A stretch of 63,750 nucleotides of DNA, the filler included, from Squatina squatina (taxonomy: Eukaryota): NCBI GenBank assembly GCA_031763465.1. It is 4 parts of 3 records of this genome, joined end to end, with 100 filler letters (N's around TTAATTAATTAA, not from the genome) between each part and the next. Parts side by side here need not be neighbours in the genome. Positions count along the whole stretch, not along the records: positions 1 to 16,023 come from JARFOE010000004.1; positions 16,124 to 29,897 come from JARFOE010000051.1; 2 more parts are not named here. One strand, given 5' to 3'. The position numbers were made by a program, and so were the translations under genes. Under the pieces are notes generated by a model. The model ran no database searches, was not told where the DNA came from, and saw only the letters and a list, made by a program, of their open reading frames with translations. How positions within the stretch are numbered: position 1 is the first letter of the stretch; each line of letters starts with the position of its first letter. Below, in pieces: positions 13,766-25,732 of the stretch.

Positions 13766-13894
13766 CCAGGAATCATGTGTCTGAGATGGTGGATGATTGC
13801 AGCGGAATTCTTTTAATATACAGTAATTAAAATCAGACAAGTTACTCATCAATAATTCACACATCTCACTCTCTATTAGCTGTATAATATTCAC

Positions 13895-14004
13895 CTTTCC
13901 TTTTGACCACCCCATTTTTTCCAACATCTTCCGCCCAAATCTGGATTCATCGTTGCTCCAGGTGTTGTTCCTTGGATCCACAGACCACTTCTGCTTTCTA
14001 CGGG
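13895..14004 (-). CDS. PINX1: PINX1 exon 2 (start of the G-patch domain)
   Basis: Translates RRKQKWSVDPRNNTWSNDESRFGRKMLEKMGWSKGK (human RRKQKWAVDPQNTAWSNDDSKFGQRMLEKMGWSKGK). 110 nt, with tttgtag acceptor and gtgaat donor on the minus strand. Confidence 0.95.
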
Positions 14005-14666
14005 CTACAAATAACACAATTAACAAAATCACCTGGTACAGTGAATTCTATTCCCTGCTGCTACTCTCTTATTAAATGGCTGATATTATAGACCCACGAT
14101 TTCACACCGTGATTGCAAATGCATATAGACTTACATCAGACACTAGTTCCCTCCTCTGGCATTCCACACAGGGAGTTAAGGCCAAGTACAGGTCAAGTAG
14201 GGGAATAAGTGAACTCAGACTGGGAAGTGAAAGGAAAAAGAAAATGGGGAGAAGAGGAGATAACAGGAGGCAGAGGTTAGAAAGAGGATAGCAGTGGGAA
14301 ATTNNNNNNNNNNNNNNNNNNNNNNNNNNNNNNNNNNNNNNNNNNNNNNNNNNNNNNNNNNNNNNNNNNNNNNNNNNNNNNNNNNNNNNNNNNNNNNNNN
14401 NNNTCTGTCATATAAACAAGGTTAGTCTTTTAACTTAATCTAAATGGAAGAGTAACTTGGAAATACTTTAAAGTATTAAAAGTACAGGTGTGATAACCTA
14501 CAGTTAAAACCACAAAACAGTGAGGCCAAAAAAAAAACTTGCCTAAATAGTTGCAACTATATACACAGATTTTAATAGGTGCAACCCAAATGGATTGCAG
14601 TTGATGCAAATAAAAACTAATTTGTTGCAAGTCACTGATCCATGACAAATGGGAACTGTAAATATT

Positions 14667-15331
14667 GGCCCAGATTTTAGAGAGTAAATCGGATAGCAAC
14701 TTCCAGAGCAAGCACATGTGCAGTTAAACGCGAACAACCAAAAGCTGCTGTCCGAATTACCCTGCTCCTCCACAGGCTGTGTTATAACAGTACCTTGCCA
14801 ATAGACTCAGTGCTGAAATTCATGTAAGGGCTATACACAACCACTAAACACAGCAGAAGTTAGGGCTGGTGCATACAAGTGTGATAAGTCTCAATTACTG
14901 CCAAACAACCTTTCTGGTACTGAAAATTTAATTTTTTTTTTTTACACAAGTGTGGAGTCTCATTCCTTAGGAATTTAATTAGTGTTGATTTTTTTTTAAA
15001 TTAATACATCTTACTTTTTCTTTGTCTCTTATCTCACTCAGCCTAATTTTTTGTACCTAGCTTTTGCTTTCTGTACATGTTTTATATTGAATTCAGTTTA
15101 ATCTATACTTCTGGCTGAGACCCTGCGTGTCTGAGGATTCTTCAATCCGATTGGTTGAAGAGCCTCGCTGTGGCTTGTGTTGCTCACACATGCCACAGAT
15201 CCTCTGTAGAGGGCACCACACTGGATCAGAAGACCGATGACAGCAAGCTAACTACCTGTGAAGTCTGGACAGCTGTCAGCGTAGTGAATAGCGAGCACCA
15301 TTCCTTCACTGCTGACCGCAAAGTCCAGGTC
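14667..15331 (+). mobile_element. ~665-bp non-autonomous DNA transposon (PIF/Harbinger-like)
   Basis: Imperfect TIRs ggcccagatttt / aaagtccaggtc, with 3-bp ATT on both flanks. Internal blocks are shared with the copy at 54674-55386. Confidence 0.65.
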
Positions 15332-15484
15332 ATTTTAAAAAAAATTCTTTACACTCATTCACAAATTAGATGCAAAAAAAGCCCATTTTAAATACAGTGC
15401 ATCAAGGACAAAATGTATCAGGGACAGCAGGAAAGCTCCAGTCTATCAAAATGTATACCATATGGATGTACAAACTCTACATCA

Positions 15485-15844
<360 letters not shown>

Positions 15845-16023
15845 TCAGTTGGACTGCGAAACATTTACAGTGTAACTAGTGCAGCTGGTCACCTTGGTTA
15901 CATGACCACTTGGTCTGAGCCAGCAGTTTTCGATTAGAAATACTCAAGCTACAAAGCTCCACAGTTTTGTTGAAGATAGGGAATCTATATACATTACAAA
16001 GTAGCTCTTTGCTGAAACTTGCA

Positions 16024-16123
16024 NNNNNNNNNNNNNNNNNNNNNNNNNNNNNNNNNNNNNNNNNNNNTTAATTAATTAANNNNNNNNNNNNNNNNNNNNN
16101 NNNNNNNNNNNNNNNNNNNNNNN
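16024..16123. other. Artificial scaffold-concatenation linker
   Basis: N44 + TTAATTAATTAA (stops in all six frames) + N44 = 100 nt; gene context changes across it. Confidence 0.97.
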
Positions 16124-16382
16124 AGCTCCCACTAACAGCAATGTGACAATGACCAGATCATCTCTTTTAGTGATGTTGATTGAGGGATAAATATTGGCCA
16201 GGACACCGGGGTTAACTCTTTTTGTTCTTCTTCGAAATAGTGCTATGGGATCATTTGCATCCACACTGAGAGAGCAGATGGGGCCTCGAGTTAACGTCTC
16301 ATCTGAAAGACGGCACCATTCGACAGTGCAGCACTCCCTCAGCACTGTACTGGAGTGTCAGCCTAGATTTTGTACTCGAGTC
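16124..16382 (-). mobile_element. Deu-domain SINE (SacSINE1-like) fragment
   Basis: Reverse complement of the SINE body at 22075-22528 (ttaacgtctcatctgaaagacggcacc...gcactccctcagcactg). Confidence 0.85.
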
Positions 16383-17899
16383 TCTTGCCTTTATATAATT
16401 TAGTATTTACTTCTTCAGCAGTGCTTCATGGCCAATGAATTCTTTTGAAATGCAGCCCCTATTGTTATGTAGCTAAGCATGGCGGCCAATATGCACACAG
16501 CAACGTCCCACAAACAGTAGATGAGATAAATTACCAGTTAAAATGTTAAGCAGTGGTATTCGTTGAAGGAAGAACATTGATCAGGACACTGGGAGAGTTC
16601 TGAGCTCTTTGAATAATGCCATTTGTTCATTTATGTTCACTGAACGGATAGACAGGGCCTCAGTTTAAGGCCTTATGTAGAAAAAAAAGGTGTCAACTTC
16701 CAAGGTGAGGTTTACCTGAGGTCTGACTGTCTGTTCTGGTGGTTCAGGTGGACGTTAAAGGTCCTATGATAGTATTGAAGGAAAAGTAGCAGAGAGTTCC
16801 TGGCATCCTTCATTCCTGCTTTAACCAATGCCTTCAAAATAGTACGCAAACTATTTTTCCTATGTTTGCTATTTGTTNNNNNNNNNNTTGCCCTTATAGC
16901 AAGTCACTGTACTTCAAACGTGGTTGAATCTTGGCTTCACTCTGATGTGGCCTGGCAAGTCACTCAGTTATATCAAACCGCTACACGCAATGGGTCAAGA
17001 AGAAGGCCCACCGTCACCTTTTTGGGACAACTAGGGATCCAGCGATGCTGAATTTTGATAAAGACTATTTTGAGATGTTCCTGAACGACGGGCTGATGAG
17101 TTATATAAACATAATTTTTTTTTTTCTTTCATCAATTTGTCAATTGCTCAATGCCAGTAGTTGACATGGCTCAGTTGGTAGTGCTGTCGCCTCGGAGACA
17201 GAGGCTACTGCATGTAGCGGTCTCCTTTCTCTTGAAAGAAGAAGGCTGTGGGGTGACCTAATAGAGGTCTTTAAAATTATGAAAGATTTTAATNNNNNNN
17301 NNNNNNNNNNNNNNNNNNNNNNNNNNNNNNNNNNNNNNNNNNNNNNNNNNNNNNNNNNNNNNNNNNNNNNNNNNNNNNNNNNNNNNNNNNNNNAATTAAA
17401 GCGCCGAAATAAAAAACAACAGCTGCGCCCGTACTCACCCCTCTCCTCCTCCGAGTCCGGTGCCCAAAAGACGGAGCAATTAATCCCTTCTTACCTGTTT
17501 TACATTATTTCTGCAATCCTTTAACTGTGTCGTTGTTTTAACTTAGTTATAATGCATCTAGTTCTGTTATTTTCTATGATTGTTTTTTTTTCTCTGTTGT
17601 ATCTGGCGATGAAGGGATGGACTTGAGGAACGACTGTGCAGGATCATTTCTTTTCTTGGTGTTTAGACAGAAATTGACTACCTGCTCTCCCGAGACTTTT
17701 AAAAGTTAAATGGAATTTTAGCTGGTTTGTTTTGGGTAGAGTGGAGATATTGGAGCATGTCTGGAGCCTGAGAGAGAGGCATGAAAGGACTGACCCAGCC
17801 AGAAGCCAGAGAGAGAGGGGGTTGGGTGGTGAAGGATTTGCTTCAAAGTACGGAGAGGCAAAGAAAAGGGATTAATGCAAGGATTGTTAAAATTTAAAA

Positions 17900-18268
17900 A
17901 TAAGAACTCGCATTTCTACAGCGCCTTTCATGGCCTCAGGACGTCCCAAAGTGTTTTACAGCCTATTTCACTTTTGAACTGCAGTCACTGTTGTAATGTG
18001 GGAAACGCGGCAGCCAATTTACGCACAGCAAGCTCCCACAAACAGCAAAGTGATGATGACCAAACAGTCTGTTATTGTTATGCTGATTGAGGGATAAATA
18101 TTGGCCAGGATAATGGGGAGCTCTCCCCTGCTCTTCTTCGAAATAACGCCGTGGGATCTTTTACGTCCACCCAAGAGGGCAGACGGGGCCTGGGTTTAAC
18201 GTCTCATCCGAAAGACGGCACCTCCGACAGTGCCGCACTCCCTCAGTGCTGACTCTGAGAGTGTCAGC
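17900..18268 (-). mobile_element. Deu-domain SINE (SacSINE1-like)
   Basis: Body and tail of the same family in reverse orientation. Confidence 0.85.
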
Positions 18269-18614
18269 AAGCACCTAATTCACCTTTTGTGGTATTGAAG
18301 TGAGGGGAGCATACGTTACGTGCCTTCACTCTCCCTCCGCTCCCGGTGGGCGCGGCCCAGATGCGCGTTGGCATCCTGAGTGAATCGAGCAACCAGAGCT
18401 GCTGGATGGCCATTAACAACACCAGCGCTTGGGGAATCCCATGACGGGCTGCCCTAATCACATCTGTGACAGATGCACTTGCCCGCATACTTAGGACTGT
18501 AACTGAACGTGAAATTGGGACAGTCAGTCAGGATGTCACAAGAGGTCTTGCAACGAAACCAGCTGACCAGCAGAAGATTGTTGACAATTATAACAAGGAC
18601 ATGAACAATGAGAT

Positions 18615-19005
18615 CTACAACAACTTGCATTTATATAGCGCCTTTAACATAGTAGCAACCTCGCAAGCAATCTTCCCTCTCATTTTCTTTTGGGTGTGAG
18701 ACCCCTTTATCGAGCTGCGCGGCCCATTCAAATTTCCGTGCATGTGCGTTTTTCCAATTAAAAGGCAATGAGCCGGCCATGGAGGACCTCCAGACCACTG
18801 CGCGACCTCAGCTTAATGGGAACGTTGGTCCCGAAGTGCTTCACAAGAGCGTAATCAGACACAAAATTGAAACCAAGCCACATAAGGAGGCATTAGGACA
18901 GGTGACGCAAAAGAAGTAGGTTTTAAGGAACGTTTTAAAGGAGGAGAGAGAGGCGGAGAGGTTTAGGGAGGGAATTCCAGAGCTTAGGGCCCAGGCAGCT
19001 GAAGT
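18615..19005 (-). mobile_element. L2-type LINE 3' tail interrupted by a hAT-like MITE (18668-18827)
   Basis: caacaacttgcatttatatagcgcctttaac...gtgcttcaca...gggagggaattccagagcttagggcc tail. Internal element with TIRs caatcttccc / gggaacgttg. Confidence 0.65.
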
Positions 19006-20793
19006 TTATTTTAGAGAAAGAGAACAATGAACTGCTTGTTGCGCTTGCTTCCTGATTGCATTTTCACAATGGTGAAATGTAAACACATCACCACGTCACT
19101 TACTTGAAATTGCATCAGCCTGAGGACTGAGCTTATCGGAACAAGAAAATAGATACTTCTATTTCACATGATAAATCGTAAACAGGTACTAAAATAGTTT
19201 GTTCTGTGTTATGCAATTCTTATACAAAAATATATCTCTCTCTCGAGTTACTGAAAGCAAACATGCAGGTGCAGCAAGCAATTGGGAAGACAAATGGTAT
19301 GTTGGCCTTTGTCGTAAGAGGATTTGAGTACAGGAGTAAAGATGTCTTACTGCAATTATATAGGNNNNNNNNNNNNNNNNNNNNNNNNNNNNNNNNNNNN
19401 NNNNNNNNNNNNNNNNNNNNNNNNNNNNNNNNNNNNNNNNNNNNNNNNNNNNNNNNNNNNNNNNAAAATGGCTGAGGGTGGGAATGTGTCAGGAATGCAG
19501 CAGGAGGTACTCGGCCACCATTTTAACCACCCGCCTGACCTGCTCCCGATGGGTGGGCAGGATTAAAATTTTGCCTTTTAAAGCACATCCCTGCAAGAGG
19601 CAATAACATTGGGTAAAGATGTCCTCTCTGTGTTACGTGTAACACAATAATTAACCCACTTATAAAGAACAGAGTTATGATTTTATTATACAAAGGATAC
19701 CTTCTCTCACTGTTTGCAGCACAAGTTCAGGAGTGTGCTCATACTGCCCACTTTTGAATTATATACATAGAAATACATAGGAACAGCTCAACGAAAAAAG
19801 ACTAAGAGCCATTTGGTTCGATTTCTACCAAACTGGAAGTCGCATGATACAATAATAATGGAGTAGTTGTCTGATCATACAAATCAATCTCTATCAATTA
19901 GTCTACAACAGACCCAGACATGACACAAGGAAAAGCCCAGTAGAGAAGAGCTCTAGGAACCATAGATTCAAAGTCACCTTTTTCCTCCCAAACATGCTAC
20001 TCTCACCACGTCATGTCTCAAATTGCTCATATACTGTAATAGCAGAAAATTTTATTTTCTGAAAGAAATCTAATTTTAATTTGGGTGAATCAATACTAAC
20101 TACTTCCACTGACTCTGTGCTGACTCTGTTTCTCTCTCCACAGATGCTGCCCGACCTGCTGAGTTTTTCCAGCACTTTTTGTTTGTATTCTAGATTCCAG
20201 CATCTGCAGTATTTCGCTTCTGTAAATAAAAGTTGTTGTTCTGTAATGAGAAGATCAGGAGGCNNNNNNNNNNATCTGCAGTATTTTGCTTCTGCTTTGA
20301 TTTCTTTCTGATTGAGTGGATTCAAGCGAAGAGCAATGGGGAAACACTCATCTTCTCTGGAACCAGCATGTGAATGGTATCTGATAGAAACTGTACAATC
20401 CAGTATGGAGAGTATTTTGTTAGTACAGTGTACTGAAAAGTGGTGCATGTTGTTTTTTTTTAATAAAAAGTACTCATGCATTATTAAATGCCTCAATGTT
20501 CATCAATGTGCAGGAGCTGNNNNNNNNNNNNNNNNNNNNNNNNNNNNNNNNNNNNNNNNNNNNNNNNNNNNNNNNNNNNNNNNNNNNNNNNNNNNNNNNN
20601 NNNNNNNNNNNNNNNNNNNTTTCACTTAGCTGTGGCTTTAATAGAATCTTAGCATGAACACTCTGAAGGACTGATTACAACTGAATTGTTGTTCTTCGGT
20701 GTTAGATTAATCTTAAGCAAAGTCCTGAGCAACCTATATTCACACTCAAACCAGTGTCCTAAATGTGATTGTCATTCAAAACATGATTGCCAC

Positions 20794-21035
20794 AAAGAAA
20801 GAAAGACTTGCATTTATATAGCGCCTTTCACGACCACCAGATGTCACAAAGCGCTTTACAGCCAATGAAGTACTTTTGGAATGTAGTCACCAATGTAATG
20901 TGGGAAATGGCAGCCAATTTGTGCACAGCAAGCTCCCACAAAGTGCGATGAAATAAACAACCAAATCTTTTTTTAGGTGTTGTTTGTGGGATAAATGTTG
21001 ACCAGGGCACCAGGAGAACTCCTCTGCTCTTTTTC
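20794..21035 (-). mobile_element. Deu-domain SINE 3' half
   Basis: aaagaaagaaagacttgcatttatatagcgcc...gcacagcaagctcccaca, the reverse of the family tail. Confidence 0.8.
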
Positions 21036-21182
21036 AAATATGGCAGTAATCTTGTTCCCTCGTCCTTTTAATTCTTCTCACTTTACCCTTTCTCTCCTTA
21101 AAAAAGTTATTCATGTTGGAATGCACTTTCACAGGCAGCTTCAGCTCATTACTACCTCACTTGTTCTTTAGCGGTGTCAATC

Positions 21183-21548
21183 ATGGATCAGTGGGTAGCA
21201 CTCTCACCTTTGCATCAGTACATTCTGGGTTCAGGTCCCACTTCAGAGACTCGAGAACACAATCGAGGCTGACATTTCAGTGCAGTACTGAGGGCATGCT
21301 GCACTGTTGGCGGTGCCGTCTTTCGGATGAGATGTTAAACCGAGGACCCGACTGCTATCTCGGGTGGACATAAAAGATCCCCCTGCACTATTTGAAGAAA
21401 AGCAGGGGAGTTCTCCTGGTATCCTGGTCAACATTTGTCCCACAACCAACACCTAAAGCAGATTATCTGGTCATTTATTTCATTGCCCTTTGTGGGAGCT
21501 TGCTGTGCAAAAGTTGGCTGCCGTTTCCTACATTACAACAGTGACTTC
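21183..21548 (+). mobile_element. Deu-domain SINE, truncated by a CR1 fragment at ~21550
   Basis: tRNA-like head (ggatcagtgggtagc...gggttcaggtccc) plus family body. Confidence 0.8.
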
Positions 21549-22074
21549 AACAGAAACATATAAAATTCTTAAGGGGTTGGACAGGCTAGATGCAGGAAGA
21601 TTGTTCCCGATGTTGGGGAAGTCCAGAANNNNNNNNNNNNNNNNNNNNNNNNNNNNNNNNNNNNNNNNNNNNNNNNNNNNNNNNNNNNNNNNNNNNNNNN
21701 NNNNNNNNNNNNNNNNNNNNNNNNNNNNGTTCCCCCCCCCCCCCCACCACACCACACCAATCTCCTGGCTGCAAGCGTGGGTTTGTTCTGTACCTCTACC
21801 GGGTTCTGAGTTCCAGCTTTTAATATAACTTGTTCAGTCAGAGGAAGTAAAATTGCTGATAGTGTTTCACTGGTGCAGTTGACAGCACTCTCATCATTGT
21901 CGAGAGGCTGTGGGTTCAAGTCCTACCTCAGAACTTGAGACATGAAATGCCGACTGACAGTCCAGACGAGGCGTCGACGATCCTTTGCCTTTCGGTTCCC
22001 AATGGACCTGCTGTGTATTGAAAGCATTTTCTGTTTCTCATTTCAGATTTCTAACTCTTGTTATTTACTAGCTG

Positions 22075-22528
22075 GGGCTCAGTGGGCAGCAGTCTATCCT
22101 TTCTGAGTCAGTAGGTTGTGGGTTCAAGTCCCACAAGAGACTTGAGCACAAAAATCTAGGCTGACACTCCAGGGCAGTGCTGAGGGAGTGCCGCGCTGTC
22201 GGAGGTGCCGTCACCTTTGGATAGGATGTTTAACCGAGGCCCCGTCTGCCCTCCCAGGTGGACGTAAACGATCCCATGGCACTATTTCGAAGAAGAGCAG
22301 GGGAGTTATCCTGGGTGTCCTGAGGCCAATATTTATCCCTCAATCAACATCACTAAAACAGATTATCTGGTCATTGTCACGTTGCTGTTTTGTGGGAGCT
22401 TGCTGTGCGCAAATTGGCTGTCGCGTTTCCTACAACAGTGACTACACTCCGAAAAAAAAGTACTTCATTGGCTGTGAAGCGTTTTGGGACATTCTGAGGT
22501 CATGAATGGCGCTATATAAATGCAAGTC
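22075..22528 (+). mobile_element. Near full-length tRNA-derived Deu-domain SINE (SacSINE1-like)
   Basis: A box ggctcagtggg, B box gggttcaagtccc (22120-22132), conserved body, tail gcgctatataaatgcaagtc. Confidence 0.88.
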
Positions 22529-22532
22529 AGCC

Positions 22533-22850
22533 TTGGTTCAGTGGGTAGCACTCTCGCTCAGAGTCAGAGGGTCGTGGGTTCAAGTCTCATTCTAGGATTT
22601 GAGTTCCTGATCTAGTCTGACACTCCCAGTTGCAGTGCGGAGGGAGCGCTGCACTGTCAGAGGTGCCATCTTTAAGCTGAGACCTGAAACCAAGGCCCCA
22701 TTGGCCTGCTCAGCTGCACGTTAAAGATCCCATCACCCTATTTGAAGAAGAGCAGGGGAGTTCTCCTCATGTCATGGGTCAACATTCCTCTCTCGATCAA
22801 CATCACCAAAGGAGGATTAACCACATTCATCCCATTGCTGTCTGCGGGAT
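22533..22850 (+). mobile_element. Second SINE copy directly in tandem
   Basis: tggttcagtgggtagc...gtgggttcaagtctc head followed by a diverged body. Confidence 0.8.
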
Positions 22851-24791
22851 TTTTAAGTATTGCGTGCAGGGTGGAGCTAGAATAACTTAGTCGACGCAGT
22901 GCTTAACACAACCCTCTGTATTGGGTAACAGATGCTCCAGCTCTGGACGACACGATGTCGAGGCTGGGCCTATATACAACTTCACATCAAGTAGCTTGGC
23001 TCTGACTCCAGCAGGGCTCCTGGCTCAGGTGAGCTCCAGGAGTCTCTGGAGGAAGAACGCGAGAGAGCGCAAGAGAGATTACAGGAATCACCTGACTTTA
23101 TACTCCACCCACTGGGTTGCCGTAGGTGTACCGAGCAAAGTCACAACCCAGTTCCTGATGCATTACATAATGTCAAAACCCATTCTCAGTCCATAACATT
23201 AAGAAAGCGTATGGGATACTTGGCTTTGTAAATAGGGGCATTGAATTTTTAAAAAATGTATGTCTTTACGCAGTCCTTTGAGANNNNNNNNNNTACATAA
23301 AGTCAAAACCCATTCTCAGTACATAACATGTTGTGTGCCGTTTTATCCTGCAGCACGAGGGGGCGTGAAGTAATGAGTGGCTACTACAAAGGAGAGTGCT
23401 CATGTGTGGGGTTTCTGCTTCTATGCTGAGAGGGCGATGAGGCAAGATGATAGCAGGGTGGGGAGGTGTTGAATGGAAAGCATGGGGTGAATTTTAACTC
23501 CCCCATGATGTGGGGGCGGGGTGATTAAATCAGTAAAAATATGCAACCCCACCCCAACCCACCACCATAAACACTCGCCCCCCACACACTTCCAGCCTCC
23601 CCATAAATATTGGGGCCCACGTGTCTGGAATGTAAAATGAAGAGGGAGCCATGAGATAAGTTGTTATTTCTGGAGATGCTACCAAGTAAGAAAATGCTGC
23701 TCGTAGCTGCTGTGAAGGGTGCAAGAAAGAGGTGAAGATGTGTTTGGACTGAGAATGAGAGGTGGTATATAAGGTAGGATAGTAGCACAGTGGTTATGTT
23801 ATTGAACTAGTAATCCAGAGGCCTGGACTAATGATCAGGAGATGTGAGTTTAAATTCCACTGGGGAATTTAAATTCAATTAATTAAATAAAATCTGGAAT
23901 AACAAACTAGTATCGAGTGAAACTACCAGATTGTTGTAAAAACCCATCTGGTTCACGAATGTCTTTACCCAGTCTGGACTCTTAACTGGCTGCTGAAATA
24001 GCCTAGCAAGCCACCTTTTCAAAAGNNNNNNNNNNNNNNNNNNNNNNNNNNNNNNNNNNNNNNNNNNNNNNNNNNNNNNNNNNNNNNNNNNNNNNNNNNN
24101 NNNNNNNNNNNNNNNNNNNNNNNNNGACATTGCACTCCACTTCCTCTCGGGGGCGGTAAGCCTAATTTAGCTGTTGGGGTGGGACCTCTTCGCCTGAGGC
24201 AGGAAATCCCACCCCCAAACGGCGTGGTATCAAATTCCGCCCCCAGGAACTTTACAATGAAAAGGTATGAAAATAAGGACACGATATATGAATTGAAAAT
24301 GGGGACTAAATTACATCTGTCTGCCCTGGTCCAATTATTCCCTGCCCTCTGACCCATTCTTCACCTAAAGACAACACTTTGACCTGACTCTTCATGGGCG
24401 ATTACTCTGGCGTCACAATTTAAATGGGGCAAATTTTGTCTTTGTGCAATAGTACAAAATGAGCGACAGCGACTCGGCAGCCTGTTGTACTTCCCTCCCA
24501 ATTTTTATTTCCATTGACTTCCTGTTTACACAGTGTATCCTGAGTTCCTAGTGACCTTCCGCTGACGTTACTGACTGGGAGAACCCCTGAGAAAATTCCC
24601 AGTGATTATTCCTGGTCACGTTTGACTTTCGTCGGTGAGCTGGTTCCGGATTGGGAGCGATGCACTTCTCATATCGAACCTCAGATCGTTACTAGTGAGG
24701 TGTGTGATTGTGGACTGAACTAAGAATGCTGAAAATATCTTTGAATGAAAGAAAAATGATCTGACGTCAAACAAAAACTTGTCCTTCTATG

Positions 24792-25020
24792 AAAGAAAGA
24801 CTTAGATTTATATAGCGCCTTTCACGACAACCGGACATCCCAAAGTGCTTTACAGCCAATTGAAGTACTTTTGGAGTGTCGTCACTGTTGTAGTGGGAAA
24901 CGCAGCAGCCAACTTGCGCACAGCAAGCTCCCACAAACAGCAATATGATAATGACCAGATAATCTGTTTTAGTGATGTTGATTGAGAGATAAATATTTGC
25001 CAGGACACCCAGGATCATGT
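24792..25020 (-). mobile_element. Deu-domain SINE 3' half
   Basis: Same family tail and body, reverse orientation. Confidence 0.8.
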
Positions 25021-25347
25021 CCCTGCCCTATGGCCCAAAATACAGATGGCGCCAAATTAGGAAGGATGTTAATTAACCTGAAGGTGAGTGATGGCTAGTA
25101 AATGATGAACAACTGTTGTCATTTACTATAACTGTTTTACTTGACGTCCATTTTTATTACATCACTTTGGGAATGCTTTGGTACATTAAAGGCACAATAC
25201 AAATGAAAGTTGTTGCTGTTTTAACGAAGGCTGCTGTGATGAAAGAGCAAGATACTTGATTAAACTATTTGGACTGTATTGTGGCTGAGTTGGAAATGTC
25301 CCTATAACCTAGGCTGGTGAAATCTGTTTGCTCAGAGTAATATGTGG

Positions 25348-25732
25348 AGCAGAGAAGGCGAAAAGGAGATCTGATCGTTTAAAATCATGAAGGATTTAGA
25401 TGGAGGAAATGAAGAGAAACTGTTTCCAACGGCTGAAGCGTTGATAATGAGAAGGCACAGATTTAAGATGCAAAAGAACCAGAGGCAACATGAGGAAAAG
25501 CTTGTTTACACCATGAGTGGTTCGGGTTTGGAGTGCACTGCCTGATAGGGTGACGGATACAGACTCAATAGTAGCCTTCAAAAGGGAATTGGATAAATAC
25601 TTGAAGGTGAAAAGATGCAGGGATATGGGGAAAGGGCGGGGGGAGTGGGACTGACTGGATTGCTCTTTACCGGCACAGACTCGATGGGCCGAATGGCCTC
25701 CTTCTGTACAGTACTATTCTATGATTCTATGT
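25348..25732 (+). mobile_element. CR1-like LINE 3' end
   Basis: gagcagagaagg...gagaaactgtttcca...gatgggccgaatggcctccttctgt, ending in (attctatg)n. Confidence 0.8.

Noticed and set aside
16068-16079. TTAATTAATTAA palindrome as a biological motif (also 29942 and 51150)
   Set aside because: Always centred in 44+44 Ns; a synthetic six-frame-stop linker.
18290-18600. CpG-rich unique stretch with short ORFs on both strands
   Set aside because: No recognisable protein similarity and no convincing paired splice sites.
19103-19135. Minus-strand micro-exon candidate (…gataag / gtaagt)
   Set aside because: About 28 nt, weak acceptor, no partner exons; likely chance.
22075-22135. tRNA gene
   Set aside because: A/B boxes continue directly into a SINE body that is repeated many times in the window.
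24534-24565. PARP-like terminal peptide YPEFLVTFR*
   Set aside because: Only 9 residues, no other PARP exons are visible, and the upstream pyrimidine tract belongs to a repeat.
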